Shown here piece after piece: positions 1-10,212 of a stretch of 64,000 bases of DNA. Source of the DNA: an uncultured Thermoproteaceae archaeon (lineage in GTDB: Archaea > Thermoproteota > Thermoprotei > Thermoproteales > Thermocladiaceae); NCBI GenBank assembly GCA_964575955.1, contig CAZNTG010000009.1:1-64000 (forward strand). Reading direction: 5' to 3'. The translations under genes were made by a program, and so were the position numbers. Every line of letters begins with the position of its first letter. The stretch's first letter is position 1. A model generated the notes under the pieces. It was given only the letters and a program-made list of their open reading frames with translations. It had not been told where the DNA came from and did no database searches.

Positions 1-162
1 ATCCATCCTCATCCATCTAGGCTCTCTTCTCTCCATCAACATCCTAAGCTTCAACAATCTTCTCTGCTCACTAGGTAACTCACGCTTCAACTTTAACAAC
101 AGTCTAAGCTTACTAGCAATTTGCTTAACATCAACACTAGACTCAGACCTCTCTGAAGACAT
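1..162 (-). CDS. rpl32e: 50S ribosomal protein L32e, N-terminal part (runs off window start)
   Basis: Hand translation from ATG at 162: MSSERSESSVDVKQIASKLRLLLKLKRELPSEQRRLLKLRMLMERREPRWMRMD...; basic helix then R..P.[FW].R.D as in archaeal L32e; directly downstream of rps8. Confidence 0.75.
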   Translation of the reverse strand, partial: MSSERSESSVDVKQIASKLRLLLKLKRELPSEQRRLLKLRMLMERREPRWMRMD

Positions 163-247
163 ACTTAGCAATCTAGTAACGAATATCTTAGGTATTTAAA
201 ATTGTCGTAATAGCTAGGCTAAGGTTTAGACATTAATTATGTGCTTT

Positions 248-640
248 CTAGTATACGTATGCTAGTAGTACTCCACCTATCTTATTTTGTTTAGCTTCTA
301 TATGGCTCATGACGCCTCTAGATGTTGATAGTATGAGTATTCCAACATCTCTTGAAGGTAGGTACTTCTCTTCCCATTTAGGTATGTCTCTATACTTTAC
401 AGGAAATCTAGGTTTAATTACTCCACAATCATTTATCTTTCCTAATAGATGTACTATGAATTTTCCACCTCTACCATCATCTATATACTCTATCTCTCCA
501 ATATATCCATACTTCTGCATAACTCTCAAAACATTACCAACAAGTTTAGATATTGGCCATATAACTACCTGTTTGTGACCTCTAGCTTCTGCATTCTTTA
601 TCATTACCATAGCATTTGCAAGTACGTCTAATAGTACCAT
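248..640 (-). CDS. rps8: 30S ribosomal protein S8 (uS8)
   Basis: D.LANA...[39 protein letters not shown]. Confidence 0.98.
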   Translation of the reverse strand: MVLLDVLANAMVMIKNAEARGHKQVVIWPISKLVGNVLRVMQKYGYIGEIEYIDDGRGGKFIVHLLGKINDCGVIKPRFPVKYRDIPKWEEKYLPSRDVGILILSTSRGVMSHIEAKQNKIGGVLLAYVY

Positions 641-692
641 GCTACATATCCAAATGTAGTTAGCTTAAAAAATCTTTTCTTAATATGTATTC

Positions 693-743
693 ATGATGAA
701 CAACCTCGTCGCAGAATTAATGAAGAGTTTTTCGGGGAACTGA
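693..743 (+). ncRNA. C/D box guide sRNA
   Basis: C ATGATGA 693-699, 12-nt guide ACAACCTCGTCG, D' CAGA, C' ATGAAGA, 13-nt guide GTTTTTCGGGGAA, D CTGA 740-743; short flanking stem GTATT/AATGC; intergenic. Confidence 0.88.
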
Positions 744-789
744 AATGCTTAACATGACTATACTAGATTTAGAATTCTGATAGTTGTTT

Positions 790-2535
790 ATGAATATCTT
801 AATATTGGATGGGTATAGTGATGAACCTGCAGGACTTGGAGTACCACCATACCTAGATATCTATCCTAGATATATTGCTGGAGCTATATGGAGTGTAGAT
901 AAGTCAGCAAATATAACATACGTAACTATAGATCAGGTAAGAACTTGTAGAGAATTATTAAAGAAGGATTGGAATTTATTCATACTGATATCTGGAGTTA
1001 CAACACCAGGAAGATATTTGAAGTATAGTCCAATAACTTTTGAAGAAATATTAAACATATCTACAACAGTTAAGGCAAAAGTAAAGGTAATTTGTGGACC
1101 TGTAGCAAGGTTTGGATACATATCTGAAGGTGGTGAGATAGCAATTCATCCATCAATATTTAGAAAATATTTTGATATTGTAGTAAGTGGAGATCCAGAC
1201 ATAGTAATATATGAGTTAGTTAAGAATTCTCTAAATATAAATAGTGTAGATCTATCACAAATTCATGAAGATGATAGATATATTAATAAATTTTCAATAA
1301 TTGGAGCTAAGATAGTTACTCAACATCCATGCTATATGAAGAATCTTATAGTTGAAATTGAGACATATAGATCATGTCCAAGATATATAACAGGTGGATG
1401 TAGCTTCTGTACAACAGTTAGAAGAGGTTATCCACTTATGAGAGATGTTAAAGCTATAGTTAAGGAAGTTGAAGCACTTTACAATATGGGTGTTAAAAAC
1501 TTCAGAATTGGTAGACAAGCTGACATACTTACATACAAAGCTCATGATATAGGTAAATTAGAATTTCCAAAACCAAATCCTGAAATATTAGAAAAACTCT
1601 TTCATGGTATTAGAAGTGTTGCTAGAGATTTAGAAACACTACATATAGATAATGTAAATCCAGGAACAGTATATCACTGGCAGAGAGAGAGTATAGAATG
1701 TATTAAAATTATAATGATGTATCACACACCTGGAGATGTAGCTGCAATGGGTATTGAAACAGCAGACCCTAGAGTTGTTAAGAATAATAATTTGAAAGTA
1801 TATCCAGAAGAAGCATTTGAAGCAGTAAAAATTGTAAGTAATATAGGACAGGTAAGAGGATGGAATGGAATGCCACATCTACTACCAGGAATAAATTTTG
1901 TACTTGGACTTCCAGGAGAGACAAAGGAAACATATATACTAAATAGACAATTTCTTGAAAAATTACTTGAAAATAATATTAAAGTTAGGAGAGTCAATAT
2001 TAGACTTGCAACAGTATTTCCTGGAACACCTCTATGGAATATGAGAGATATAGTTTATAGAAACATTAGAAGACATAGAAAATATATTGAATCATTTAGA
2101 TATTGGGTAAGACATGTATTTGATATTGAAAACTTAAGAAGAATATTACCAAAGGGAACAATTCTCAGAAAATTATATACTGAAATGTATGATAGTGATG
2201 GAACATATGCAAGACAGGTTGGTTCATACCCACTGATAGTGTATATTCCTGAAAAGATTAAGCTAGATACTTGGATTGATGTTGTAGTTGTAGATCATCT
2301 TCCAAGATCTGTTATAGGAATACCATATCCTGTAGATATAAATTCTGCAAGTATGAAGATTTTGAGAAAGATACCAGGACTAGATGATCATAAGATTAGT
2401 CTAATAATTAGAAGAAGACCATTTAAAAATATGGAAGAAGTTAAAGCTATATTAGGAGATTCTGCTAAATTCTTTAAGATTGAGAATGATGACTACACAC
2501 CCTTAGCGAAAGGTGAGCGAAGTGGCCAAGGCTGA
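790..2535 (+). CDS. Radical SAM enzyme with C-terminal helix-hairpin-helix (COG1031-like)
   Basis: LDGYSDEPAGLGVPPY N-terminus, CPRYITGGCSFC cluster motif, DINSAS...KIPGL HhH; ATG 790 preferred to TTG 784. Confidence 0.88.
   Translation: MNILILDGYSDEPAGLGVPPYLDIYPRYIAGAIWSVDKSANITYVTIDQVRTCRELLKKDWNLFILISGVTTPGRYLKYSPITFEEILNISTTVKAKVKVICGPVARFGYISEGGEIAIHPSIFRKYFDIVVSGDPDIVIYELVKNSLNINSVDLSQIHEDDRYINKFSIIGAKIVTQHPCYMKNLIVEIETYRSCPRYITGGCSFCTTVRRGYPLMRDVKAIVKEVEALYNMGVKNFRIGRQADILTYKAHDIGKLEFPKPNPEILEKLFHGIRSVARDLETLHIDNVNPGTVYHWQRESIECIKIIMMYHTPGDVAAMGIETADPRVVKNNNLKVYPEEAFEAVKIVSNIGQVRGWNGMPHLLPGINFVLGLPGETKETYILNRQFLEKLLENNIKVRRVNIRLATVFPGTPLWNMRDIVYRNIRRHRKYIESFRYWVRHVFDIENLRRILPKGTILRKLYTEMYDSDGTYARQVGSYPLIVYIPEKIKLDTWIDVVVVDHLPRSVIGIPYPVDINSASMKILRKIPGLDDHKISLIIRRRPFKNMEEVKAILGDSAKFFKIENDDYTPLAKGERSGQG
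2486..2535 (+). ncRNA. C/D box guide sRNA embedded in the 3' end of the radical SAM CDS
   Basis: C ATGATGA 2486-2492, guide CTACACACCCTTA, D' GCGA, C' GTGAGCG, guide AAGTGGCCAAGG, D CTGA 2532-2535 (its TGA is the CDS stop). Confidence 0.75.
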
Positions 2536-2582
2536 TCAGAACCCCCAACCTTCATCACATTCAGAACTGTGTCCTTCATCAT
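2536..2582 (-). ncRNA. C/D box guide sRNA
   Basis: Reverse strand reads ATGATGA-AGGACACAGTT-CTGA-AT-GTGATGA-AGGTTGGGGGTT-CTGA; all four boxes match consensus; C box overlaps the stop of ORF 2579..3151. Confidence 0.93.
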
Positions 2583-3151
2583 CTTTTTAGACTCTTCTCT
2601 ACAGCAACGTTTAATAATCTTAAAAGATAGTATGCAAGTTCTCCTTTACTTAACTTCTTCTTAACTTTGAGAGTATGTTGAGAACCCATACCCCACTTCC
2701 TCCATACAGGTTCAACAACTTGCATTTCTTCTAAAACTCTTATAACTCTTATCAAATCTACAGTAGCTCTACCATGAAATTTTTCTCTTGATCTGATATG
2801 ATCAAACCACTGACCTTCACTTATAGATGATAGTAATCTCATATATTTCTTACACTTCTCAATAATAGAAATATCATGTTCTACCTTAATTTTTCTCAAT
2901 GAGATATCACTATAAGAAATATCTGCAAAATATACTATATCATACCTTAAGTAATCTACAACACTATCAATAACTTTTCTATACTTATCAAAGATATCGC
3001 TAACTTTAACATATACAACACACCACTCACCATGTCTTGATAGAGAAACTATACTACCACCAAGTACTTCAAAATATACATCTTTACTAAATCCAGAGAA
3101 TTCTAATTTTCTAATAACTCTTCTAGAAATGTAGTCTAAATCTATCTCCAT
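2579..3151 (-). CDS. Hypothetical protein, possible C-terminal winged helix
   Basis: 190-aa ORF with genome-typical codon use, overlapping the upstream gene by 10 bp. Confidence 0.6.
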   Translation of the reverse strand: MEIDLDYISRRVIRKLEFSGFSKDVYFEVLGGSIVSLSRHGEWCVVYVKVSDIFDKYRKVIDSVVDYLRYDIVYFADISYSDISLRKIKVEHDISIIEKCKKYMRLLSSISEGQWFDHIRSREKFHGRATVDLIRVIRVLEEMQVVEPVWRKWGMGSQHTLKVKKKLSKGELAYYLLRLLNVAVEKSLKR

Positions 3152-3606
3152 TCTATCATTCTATTCAAAATCTCTTCAATAGTATTAATTAAAAATTCTG
3201 GTGTATATCCTGATTTTGATCTCTTAAACTTCTTAACAACATCTCCAACAACTATTTGAACACTCTTTGTAGATACTTTAATACTAACTTTCTTCATTAA
3301 GTCAACATATGGTTCATAGTTAAATTTCTTCTTTTTAAAATTGTATTTAAACTCTCCTAAGAATGTGTAATATCTTGATTGTGAAATTTGCGACACTATG
3401 TTTATTATCGATATGAAAGATTTTAGAAATGTTATATATTTATCGACTTCATCTTCTATATGTATTGATTTACCATCTTTAACTAGACTTACATATTTTG
3501 TATTTGATATTTGCTGTATTGTAAATAGTGTATTATCTTGAGTAACTATACTTAGAGATCTTACATTGTGATTTCTAGTTATAGCTACTAGTCCTCTAAT
3601 AATCAT
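3142..3606 (-). CDS. Hypothetical protein
   Basis: 154-aa ORF, middle gene of a tightly packed three-gene run. Confidence 0.65.
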   Translation of the reverse strand: MIIRGLVAITRNHNVRSLSIVTQDNTLFTIQQISNTKYVSLVKDGKSIHIEDEVDKYITFLKSFISIINIVSQISQSRYYTFLGEFKYNFKKKKFNYEPYVDLMKKVSIKVSTKSVQIVVGDVVKKFKRSKSGYTPEFLINTIEEILNRMIEWR

Positions 3607-3614
3607 AATAATAC

Positions 3615-3788
3615 CTATTTAGGTTCTAGTGGTGTTTGATCACAGGGACATTTACCAAAAGTCTTTCTATAACAGGTCGGGCAGTATAATGCTCCACATT
3701 TTGGACATGCATAATATTCATCATATCTGTATATTCTCTTTCCACATCTCCAACATCTCCCTATCATTAGAGTCTTAGGTACGTACAT
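3615..3788 (-). CDS. Small Cys-rich zinc-finger protein, 57 aa (not in ORF track)
   Basis: Hand translation MYVPKTLMIGRCWRCGKRIYRYDEYYACPKCGALYCPTCYRKTFGKCPCDQTPLEPK*; 8 Cys; fills the gap, with an AT-rich TATA-like box ~30 bp upstream. Confidence 0.8.
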   Translation of the reverse strand: MYVPKTLMIGRCWRCGKRIYRYDEYYACPKCGALYCPTCYRKTFGKCPCDQTPLEPK

Positions 3789-3834
3789 GTCTGTCGCACA
3801 TATGTTAAATATCTAGCTTTAAATATATTCTCTC

Positions 3835-4992
3835 ATGAAAGTTGACTGTATAGTAACTGTAGAGAGACCAGACATAACTTCTCAATTCTATCCTATAACA
3901 CTTACAACACCTGTACAAAATATAATTATTGGAGGATTAAGATTTTTTGAATATACTATACTGAACACATATATAAACTATAGATATCCCATAGATATAG
4001 TAGCACTAGTTAGAGACTACCTAGCGTTTGATTGGATTAAAATATATGGAGAGTTTATATGTGAAAAGTTGTTAGATATCAGTAGGGTAAATATAGAATA
4101 TGTAAATTATCGTGATAGGAAAAATATTGAAAAAATATTAGAAAAGTATGACTATGTTGGTATAATACCTGCAAATTACGTTCCTAAGGATGTGGAATTT
4201 ATGAATAGAATACCAATATTAAAAACTAAAGATATTAATAATATTACAGACATATACAAGATAACGTTAACATATAATTACGATAGCAATGTTGTAAATT
4301 CTATAGTTGATATTATTAAGATGAATGTAGAATATCTAGAATATGTATGCAATATTTTAAAAATTAGCAATTTCAGGATAGTTATAGACTCTGAAGTTAG
4401 TAATGTTGAACTACCTAAGAGATGTGTATTATATCTATGTGAATTAATGAGAAATTGTAAAATTAGAGATGGAACTGTAATATATAGAAAGGCTATTGTT
4501 GGATGTGAAATTAAGAATTCTATAATAGACGTGTATACACATGCTGAACATCATGGATATATTGGAGATTCGTACATTGGTAGATTTGTTAATTTAGGTG
4601 CAGGTACAACATTTTCAAATGTTAAAAATACTAAAGGATATGTAAAATATCTCGGACATAGTACAGATATGGTCAAGCTTGGACCTGTAATTTCTGATCA
4701 TGTTAAAACAGCTATAGGAACATTGATATTTTCTGGAAAGTGTGTTGGTTCTTATAGTCATGTATATGGTCTAGCTGACTGTGATATTCCTCCAATATGC
4801 ATATATAGAGATGGTGAGATTATTAAGATGGATAAGGATAAGTTACTACAATTCTTAGATAGATGGTGTAGAAAGTATGTTGATCCTGATGGTCTCACGT
4901 ATGAGAAGAATATTATAGATAGGACATATGATTATCTATGTACATTACTTGAAAAATCTTTGTCTAATATATTCTTTCTCTATAGTAAATAG
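3835..4992 (+). CDS. GlmU-like sugar-phosphate nucleotidyltransferase/acetyltransferase family protein (divergent N-terminus, left-handed beta-helix C-terminus)
   Basis: FYPITLTTP, GCEIKNSII, HHGYIGDSYIGRFVNLGAGTTFSN, KLGPVISDHVKTAIGT hexapeptide region. Confidence 0.75.
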   Translation: MKVDCIVTVERPDITSQFYPITLTTPVQNIIIGGLRFFEYTILNTYINYRYPIDIVALVRDYLAFDWIKIYGEFICEKLLDISRVNIEYVNYRDRKNIEKILEKYDYVGIIPANYVPKDVEFMNRIPILKTKDINNITDIYKITLTYNYDSNVVNSIVDIIKMNVEYLEYVCNILKISNFRIVIDSEVSNVELPKRCVLYLCELMRNCKIRDGTVIYRKAIVGCEIKNSIIDVYTHAEHHGYIGDSYIGRFVNLGAGTTFSNVKNTKGYVKYLGHSTDMVKLGPVISDHVKTAIGTLIFSGKCVGSYSHVYGLADCDIPPICIYRDGEIIKMDKDKLLQFLDRWCRKYVDPDGLTYEKNIIDRTYDYLCTLLEKSLSNIFFLYSK

Positions 4993-7848
4993 CTTATCAA
5001 TAATATCATCAACATTATCTATATTTTCAATACTTTTAACCACATACTCTAGACTCTCTATAGGTATTTTAATACAGGATGCAAGAATAACTTTCTTACC
5101 ATACTTCTTCAATAACTCTGAAGTCTTCATTAGTATATTTCTAACATGTTCAACCTCCTGTCTTCTCGATCTCTTTCTAAGATCTTCACATATAGTTTTA
5201 ACTTTCTCTTCACTCATCTTAACTAGACCTAGATTATCTGATCCACATATAGGACATCTATAGGTATCTAATTGTAGTAACTCTCTAACAGGTTTTGTAA
5301 TATAGTTAAAACATTCTAAGCATATTAGTGTTATAATCTCATTTAAGATTCTAGATCTAAATGTTAATTTAATCATCAATCTATGACCTTCAGGACCTGA
5401 AAGTTCAAACTTACCACTAACTCTCTCCAATATCTCTCTAGTAAGTGGTGTTGGTTCTGTTGTCTTTATTGTAGAGATCTCTATACCTTCTCTAACATTT
5501 TGAACAAATTTTAATAGTGATTCAATATCTACATCCTTACTCATATATTCTTTAGCTGCTTCTTCAATAACAGGAGTTTCTTTAAAAGCATCAATTAGTG
5601 CTGATATTGATATTGAACTTGAATCTGCGTCTTTAGGTATTGCATTAAATCTTCTAGCAACATGTATAAATCTTCTCTTAAAAGATCCTGATTTTAGCAT
5701 AGTCTTTGCAACAAGCTCTTCAATTTCCTCTTCACTAAGCTTACCAAGCTCGAGAATTGTTTTAGATATCTCTTCAACAGGTAATTCACTTCCTAACTCT
5801 AGAACTATCGCATAAGGATCAGCATACTCCTTCACAGATACTTCATAATTACTTGATATTAACTCTGCAAGTATTCTAGATAGAGTCTTATTACCTAATG
5901 TTCCAAGCATTATGTATATAACATATATACTCCCTATATTTTCTATAACTACTCTACGCTTTCCAGGTATTGGATATCCCATAGATATATGCTCAATAAC
6001 TTTCCTAACTACTTTCTCTATAGTTTCTCTAGATATATTCAGTTTTTCATATAAATGTTCAACAACATCTCTATAAGATTTATAGCTTTTCCATAAAAAT
6101 TCTATCTCCTCAAGTAAATCTAATACTGATTGAGCTATATCATATGGTACTGGTATCTCTTCACCAATCCATGCAGGTATTGCACCTATAGGATCTTTAG
6201 CTTCTTCAACTATAATCTTATCCTTAAATACGTTATCTATGACCCATACCTTACCTCTAAACACGAATTTTAGACCTGGTTGTGCATACTCTGCTACGAA
6301 AGCTTCATCTAGAACTCCAATAACTTCACCACTATTCTTATCAATAACATAGTATTGCTTTTCTTCAGGTATCATTGATAGATTATTTGTGAAGTATTTG
6401 TATAATTCTAATCTTGATCTTCTTCTTATAGGTTTTTCTACTATATTCTTATCTCTTCTATAGTATATTAGTGGTGGATTTAATACATCACTCATATATT
6501 CTATAACTTTTAATAATTCTTCTTTAGATAGATCTTTATATGGGTATGTATTTTTGAATAGTTCGTAAAGTTCATCAATACTCCACCTATTTTTAACTAA
6601 TACACATGCTGATATTTGATTACACATTACATCATATGGTTTTTCAGGTATTTTTACAGGTTCTAGATATCCTTGTTTTGCTTTTAATACAATTACTATA
6701 GATTCAAGTGCATCAAATAGATCGTGAACTACTATCACTCCTTTTGGTATTTTATCTAATCTATGTCCACTCCTACCTACTCTCTGTACAAGTCTAGTTA
6801 CTTGATGTGGACTTGTGTATTGTATTACTATATTTATATGTCCAATATCTATACCAAGTTCTAGACTTGAAGTTGCTATAACAGCTTTCAATTTACCTTC
6901 TCTCAACAGCTTCTCAATTCCTTCTCTAACAGTCTTTGATAGTGAGCCATGATGTACAGCTATTGGATAGTCAGGTCCTAGCCATGCATGAAATCTAGCG
7001 GCTAAACTCTCAGCCATGGATCTAGTATTTACAAATATTATTGCAGGACCTTCCTTCTCAACAATCTCTTTAATAACTCTCAATTTTGATGCTACATCAG
7101 GAGTTGCATATATCTTCTCAGCAATTTTAACATCTTCATCTGTAGGTGTTGGGTATAGTACGTCGAGTATCATCTCTCTAATATGTGAAACTTGTACAAT
7201 ATCATACCTATCTCCAGATCTTACAAGAAACTTCGCAACTGTGTCTGGATCACCAACTGTTGCTGATAGTCCTACAATCTGTATATCTCTACCAACAAGT
7301 CTTCTAATTCTCTCTAAGGTAACTACGAGTTGAACACCTCTCTTATCTTCAACAAGTTCGTGAACTTCATCTATAATTATTGCCTGAAGCTTCTTCAAGT
7401 GTTCTCTAAGTCTTCTACCTAGTAAAATTGCTTGTAACATCTCTGGAGTTGTTATTAATACATGTGGAGGTTCTCTACTCTGTCTAGCTCTATCTCTAAC
7501 ATCTGTATCTCCATGTCTAACAGCAATTTTCAAATTTAGATTTTCACACCACCATCTCAATCTTTCTAAAAGATCTCTATTAAGAGCTCTAAGAGGAGAT
7601 ACATAGAGAATATATATTCCAGGTTCTAGCTCTCTCTCCTCACGAATTTTCAATAATCTAGCCAGCAGTGGTAGAAAAGCTGCCTCAGTCTTACCACTAC
7701 CTGTAGGTGCAATTATCAGAACATTAGATCCTGATAAGACTCTAGGAATAGCATACTCCTGAACTGGAGTTAGCTTCCTAAATCCTCTAATCATGAGTAA
7801 GTCAACTATCCTCTCAGGAAGCATCTTCATCACATCACATCGAGACAT
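4945..7848 (-). CDS. lhr: ATP-dependent Lhr-family SF2 helicase with C-terminal Zn finger
   Basis: APTGSGKT, PLRALNRD, DEVH, SAT, HHGSLS, SSLELGIDIG, QRVGRSGH; CLEC...CPICG. Confidence 0.93.
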   Translation of the reverse strand: MSRCDVMKMLPERIVDLLMIRGFRKLTPVQEYAIPRVLSGSNVLIIAPTGSGKTEAAFLPLLARLLKIREERELEPGIYILYVSPLRALNRDLLERLRWWCENLNLKIAVRHGDTDVRDRARQSREPPHVLITTPEMLQAILLGRRLREHLKKLQAIIIDEVHELVEDKRGVQLVVTLERIRRLVGRDIQIVGLSATVGDPDTVAKFLVRSGDRYDIVQVSHIREMILDVLYPTPTDEDVKIAEKIYATPDVASKLRVIKEIVEKEGPAIIFVNTRSMAESLAARFHAWLGPDYPIAVHHGSLSKTVREGIEKLLREGKLKAVIATSSLELGIDIGHINIVIQYTSPHQVTRLVQRVGRSGHRLDKIPKGVIVVHDLFDALESIVIVLKAKQGYLEPVKIPEKPYDVMCNQISACVLVKNRWSIDELYELFKNTYPYKDLSKEELLKVIEYMSDVLNPPLIYYRRDKNIVEKPIRRRSRLELYKYFTNNLSMIPEEKQYYVIDKNSGEVIGVLDEAFVAEYAQPGLKFVFRGKVWVIDNVFKDKIIVEEAKDPIGAIPAWIGEEIPVPYDIAQSVLDLLEEIEFLWKSYKSYRDVVEHLYEKLNISRETIEKVVRKVIEHISMGYPIPGKRRVVIENIGSIYVIYIMLGTLGNKTLSRILAELISSNYEVSVKEYADPYAIVLELGSELPVEEISKTILELGKLSEEEIEELVAKTMLKSGSFKRRFIHVARRFNAIPKDADSSSISISALIDAFKETPVIEEAAKEYMSKDVDIESLLKFVQNVREGIEISTIKTTEPTPLTREILERVSGKFELSGPEGHRLMIKLTFRSRILNEIITLICLECFNYITKPVRELLQLDTYRCPICGSDNLGLVKMSEEKVKTICEDLRKRSRRQEVEHVRNILMKTSELLKKYGKKVILASCIKIPIESLEYVVKSIENIDNVDDIIDKLFTIEKEYIRQRFFK

Positions 7849-7935
7849 CTCACAACGGCAACTAGATAGTTCTTGAAGATCCTAAAATACCTAACGAAAC
7901 TACTATTAAATATTTACCACACAATACCAAGAGGT

Positions 7936-8118
7936 ATGGAGGAGAGTAAGAAGAGATGTGTAGTATGTGGATCACCTAGAGTATATGCAATAATTGATGG
8001 TAAACCATACTGCTTTAATTGTGGATCTAAGGTAGTTAGACTTCACATAGTTAAATTTCTAAATAATCTTAAGAGAGAAAAATTAATACCTTCTAACATT
8101 GAAATACCTGAACCATAA
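7936..8118 (+). CDS. Small zinc-binding protein (60 aa)
   Basis: CVVCG...YCFNCG; ATG 7936 preceded by GAGGT. Confidence 0.7.
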   Translation: MEESKKRCVVCGSPRVYAIIDGKPYCFNCGSKVVRLHIVKFLNNLKREKLIPSNIEIPEP

Positions 8119-8882
8119 TGAAGATTAGAAATGTAAAGAATGTAGTAAAGATATTTGCAATAGTTACAATACTAATAGCAGTATCAATAACACTATCAAT
8201 ACATACAGTAAGTGCAATATCACTAACACAATATCTAAAAAATATGCTAAAACTATCAAGCATGTATAAATGTAATATAGCAAAAATTAAAGATTATTAT
8301 CAAAAATATGTTATACTACTATTAAAATGTGGTGAACATATAGGTAATAGTACATTATCAAGACTAAACTGTACATATAATGGTACATACATTATCTGTA
8401 ATTACTCAAGTGCAAATATTAAATTTAAAGTTGGTAAAGCTAGATATATGAGATTTAATATATATGCTATAGAACAGCATATTAAAACTATAGGTACAAT
8501 ATCTGCATATCCTGTTATATCACTTACAAATATATTGTCATGTAGTTCAAAGAATATCTGTACTATAATGGTATACAGCATGTCTAATCTTAAGAATATA
8601 ATATTAATAGTTCCAAAAGATGTTGATGTACTATATTGTGAAGGTCTTAATGTTGATAATAAGTTTAATATTGGTAATTACACTATGTATTTAATGACAT
8701 TGAAATCTCAGATAAAAGCTATGTATAGTTCTAAAGATATATTTTATGCGAGATGTGCAGTATTTAAACATGGTAGTGATATTGTTAAGATAAATATGAT
8801 TCTGACATGTATACTCTTCGCATTTGTATGTGGTTTATTTGCAATTGTTCTATACAGTCTAATTACTTCAAGACTCCGCTAA
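8118..8882 (+). CDS. Secreted or membrane-anchored hypothetical protein
   Basis: N-terminal signal-peptide-like segment, C-terminal TM helix with basic tail, several N-x-S/T sequons and Cys. Confidence 0.65.
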   Translation: MKIRNVKNVVKIFAIVTILIAVSITLSIHTVSAISLTQYLKNMLKLSSMYKCNIAKIKDYYQKYVILLLKCGEHIGNSTLSRLNCTYNGTYIICNYSSANIKFKVGKARYMRFNIYAIEQHIKTIGTISAYPVISLTNILSCSSKNICTIMVYSMSNLKNIILIVPKDVDVLYCEGLNVDNKFNIGNYTMYLMTLKSQIKAMYSSKDIFYARCAVFKHGSDIVKINMILTCILFAFVCGLFAIVLYSLITSRLR

Positions 8883-9456
8883 TTATTAAATCTGCAAGTT
8901 TTCTAAATGCTCTAGCTCTATGAGAAATCTTACACTTCTCTTCAATTCCAAGTTCTGCAAATGTCTTATCATATCCTTCAGGTATGAATATTGGATCATA
9001 TCCAAATCCTTCACTACCTCTCTTACTCTCAGCAATGTATCCTCTACATATACCCTGTACAACTTCAATAGATCCACTTGGCGTATATACTCCTAATGCA
9101 GCTCTGAATGTTGCTTCTCTATTTTGAATATTCTTCATCAGTTTTAATATTCCATCAAGTCCAATAGTCCTATATACATACTCTGAGTATGGTCCTGGAA
9201 ATCCTCCAAGAGCATCTATGTATAATCCATCATCTTCCAATACTACGTACGTGTTCTTTCTAGGTTTCAATATCTTTGCTATTTCTGCAATAGCATTTCT
9301 AGCAATTTTTGAGATATCATCATCCTGTATCTCTACCTTCTTTATATTTGGTTCTATATCTACTATGAATGTATTTTCATATTCTGATAATATTTTCTCA
9401 ACTTCAATCTTCTTATGTATATTTCCTGTTATTAAAATTATTCTATATTCAGCCAT
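8863..9456 (-). CDS. rdgB: Non-canonical purine NTP pyrophosphatase (RdgB/HAM1)
   Basis: TGN.HK, EDDGLYIDALGGFPGPYS, GFGYDPIF, SHRARA. Confidence 0.95.
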   Translation of the reverse strand: MAEYRIILITGNIHKKIEVEKILSEYENTFIVDIEPNIKKVEIQDDDISKIARNAIAEIAKILKPRKNTYVVLEDDGLYIDALGGFPGPYSEYVYRTIGLDGILKLMKNIQNREATFRAALGVYTPSGSIEVVQGICRGYIAESKRGSEGFGYDPIFIPEGYDKTFAELGIEEKCKISHRARAFRKLADLIISGVLK

Positions 9457-9462
9457 CTTTAA

Positions 9463-10182
9463 CTACCTTCCAAGTCTAATATGTTCAATTATTCTTTCAA
9501 GTACATCATTCTCTGTTGGAATACCGATAAATTCTAACCTACCTTTGAAACCTTCTAATCCCATTATTACTGCTGGAACCATTGTTATACCATATTCTTC
9601 AGCTAATTCTGGATCTAGAGATGCATCATAAACTATAGATACTATCTTTCCATTTCCCTCAACTGCAAAACTGTTTGCTAGTGATGCTGCATATGGACAG
9701 TATGGACATGCCTGTGTTACCAGTGTGACTATGTATAGTCTTCTTTGAAGATTTTCTAAAACCTTCTTCAACTCATTACGAACTTCTGGACTTAGATTTG
9801 TTCTTCGTGTTGATACTAGAAGTATTGAGTCTAGTAGTGTTCTAATTTCTTCACCAACAGGAGCTCCCATGTAGACTATCTCACAGTTATCTCCAATACA
9901 CATTACAGGAACTTTAACTCTGGAAGTTATGTTTGGTTCTAATAACTTTACAAGATCTAAATTATCGCTAAGTCTACGTTCTTCAAATATTATCTTACTA
10001 TTTGGTGATAAGTTTGCAATTTCACGTAGAAGTTCTTCAGTAACTCTACACCAGTCTATCTCAGTCCATTCACAGAACTTGTCTTTATATAGAACTATCT
10101 TTACAGGATTTATCATTGATGATAATATCTCTCTTATCGCCTCTCTAGTCTTCTCATCTAGTTCTATGAAATATGCTGTCAT
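9463..10182 (-). CDS. Protein disulfide oxidoreductase (two thioredoxin folds)
   Basis: N-terminal CEWTEIDWC and C-terminal CPYC sites, G.P.G.E and VP motifs. Confidence 0.88.
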   Translation of the reverse strand: MTAYFIELDEKTREAIREILSSMINPVKIVLYKDKFCEWTEIDWCRVTEELLREIANLSPNSKIIFEERRLSDNLDLVKLLEPNITSRVKVPVMCIGDNCEIVYMGAPVGEEIRTLLDSILLVSTRRTNLSPEVRNELKKVLENLQRRLYIVTLVTQACPYCPYAASLANSFAVEGNGKIVSIVYDASLDPELAEEYGITMVPAVIMGLEGFKGRLEFIGIPTENDVLERIIEHIRLGR

Positions 10183-10212
10183 CCTATTCTGTGACTAGAC
10201 TATGTAGGTATC

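Noticed and set aside
10040-10080. C-x7-C instead of CxxC in the disulfide oxidoreductase
   Set aside because: Expanded N-terminal sites of this kind are, as I recall, already known in crenarchaeal PDOs.
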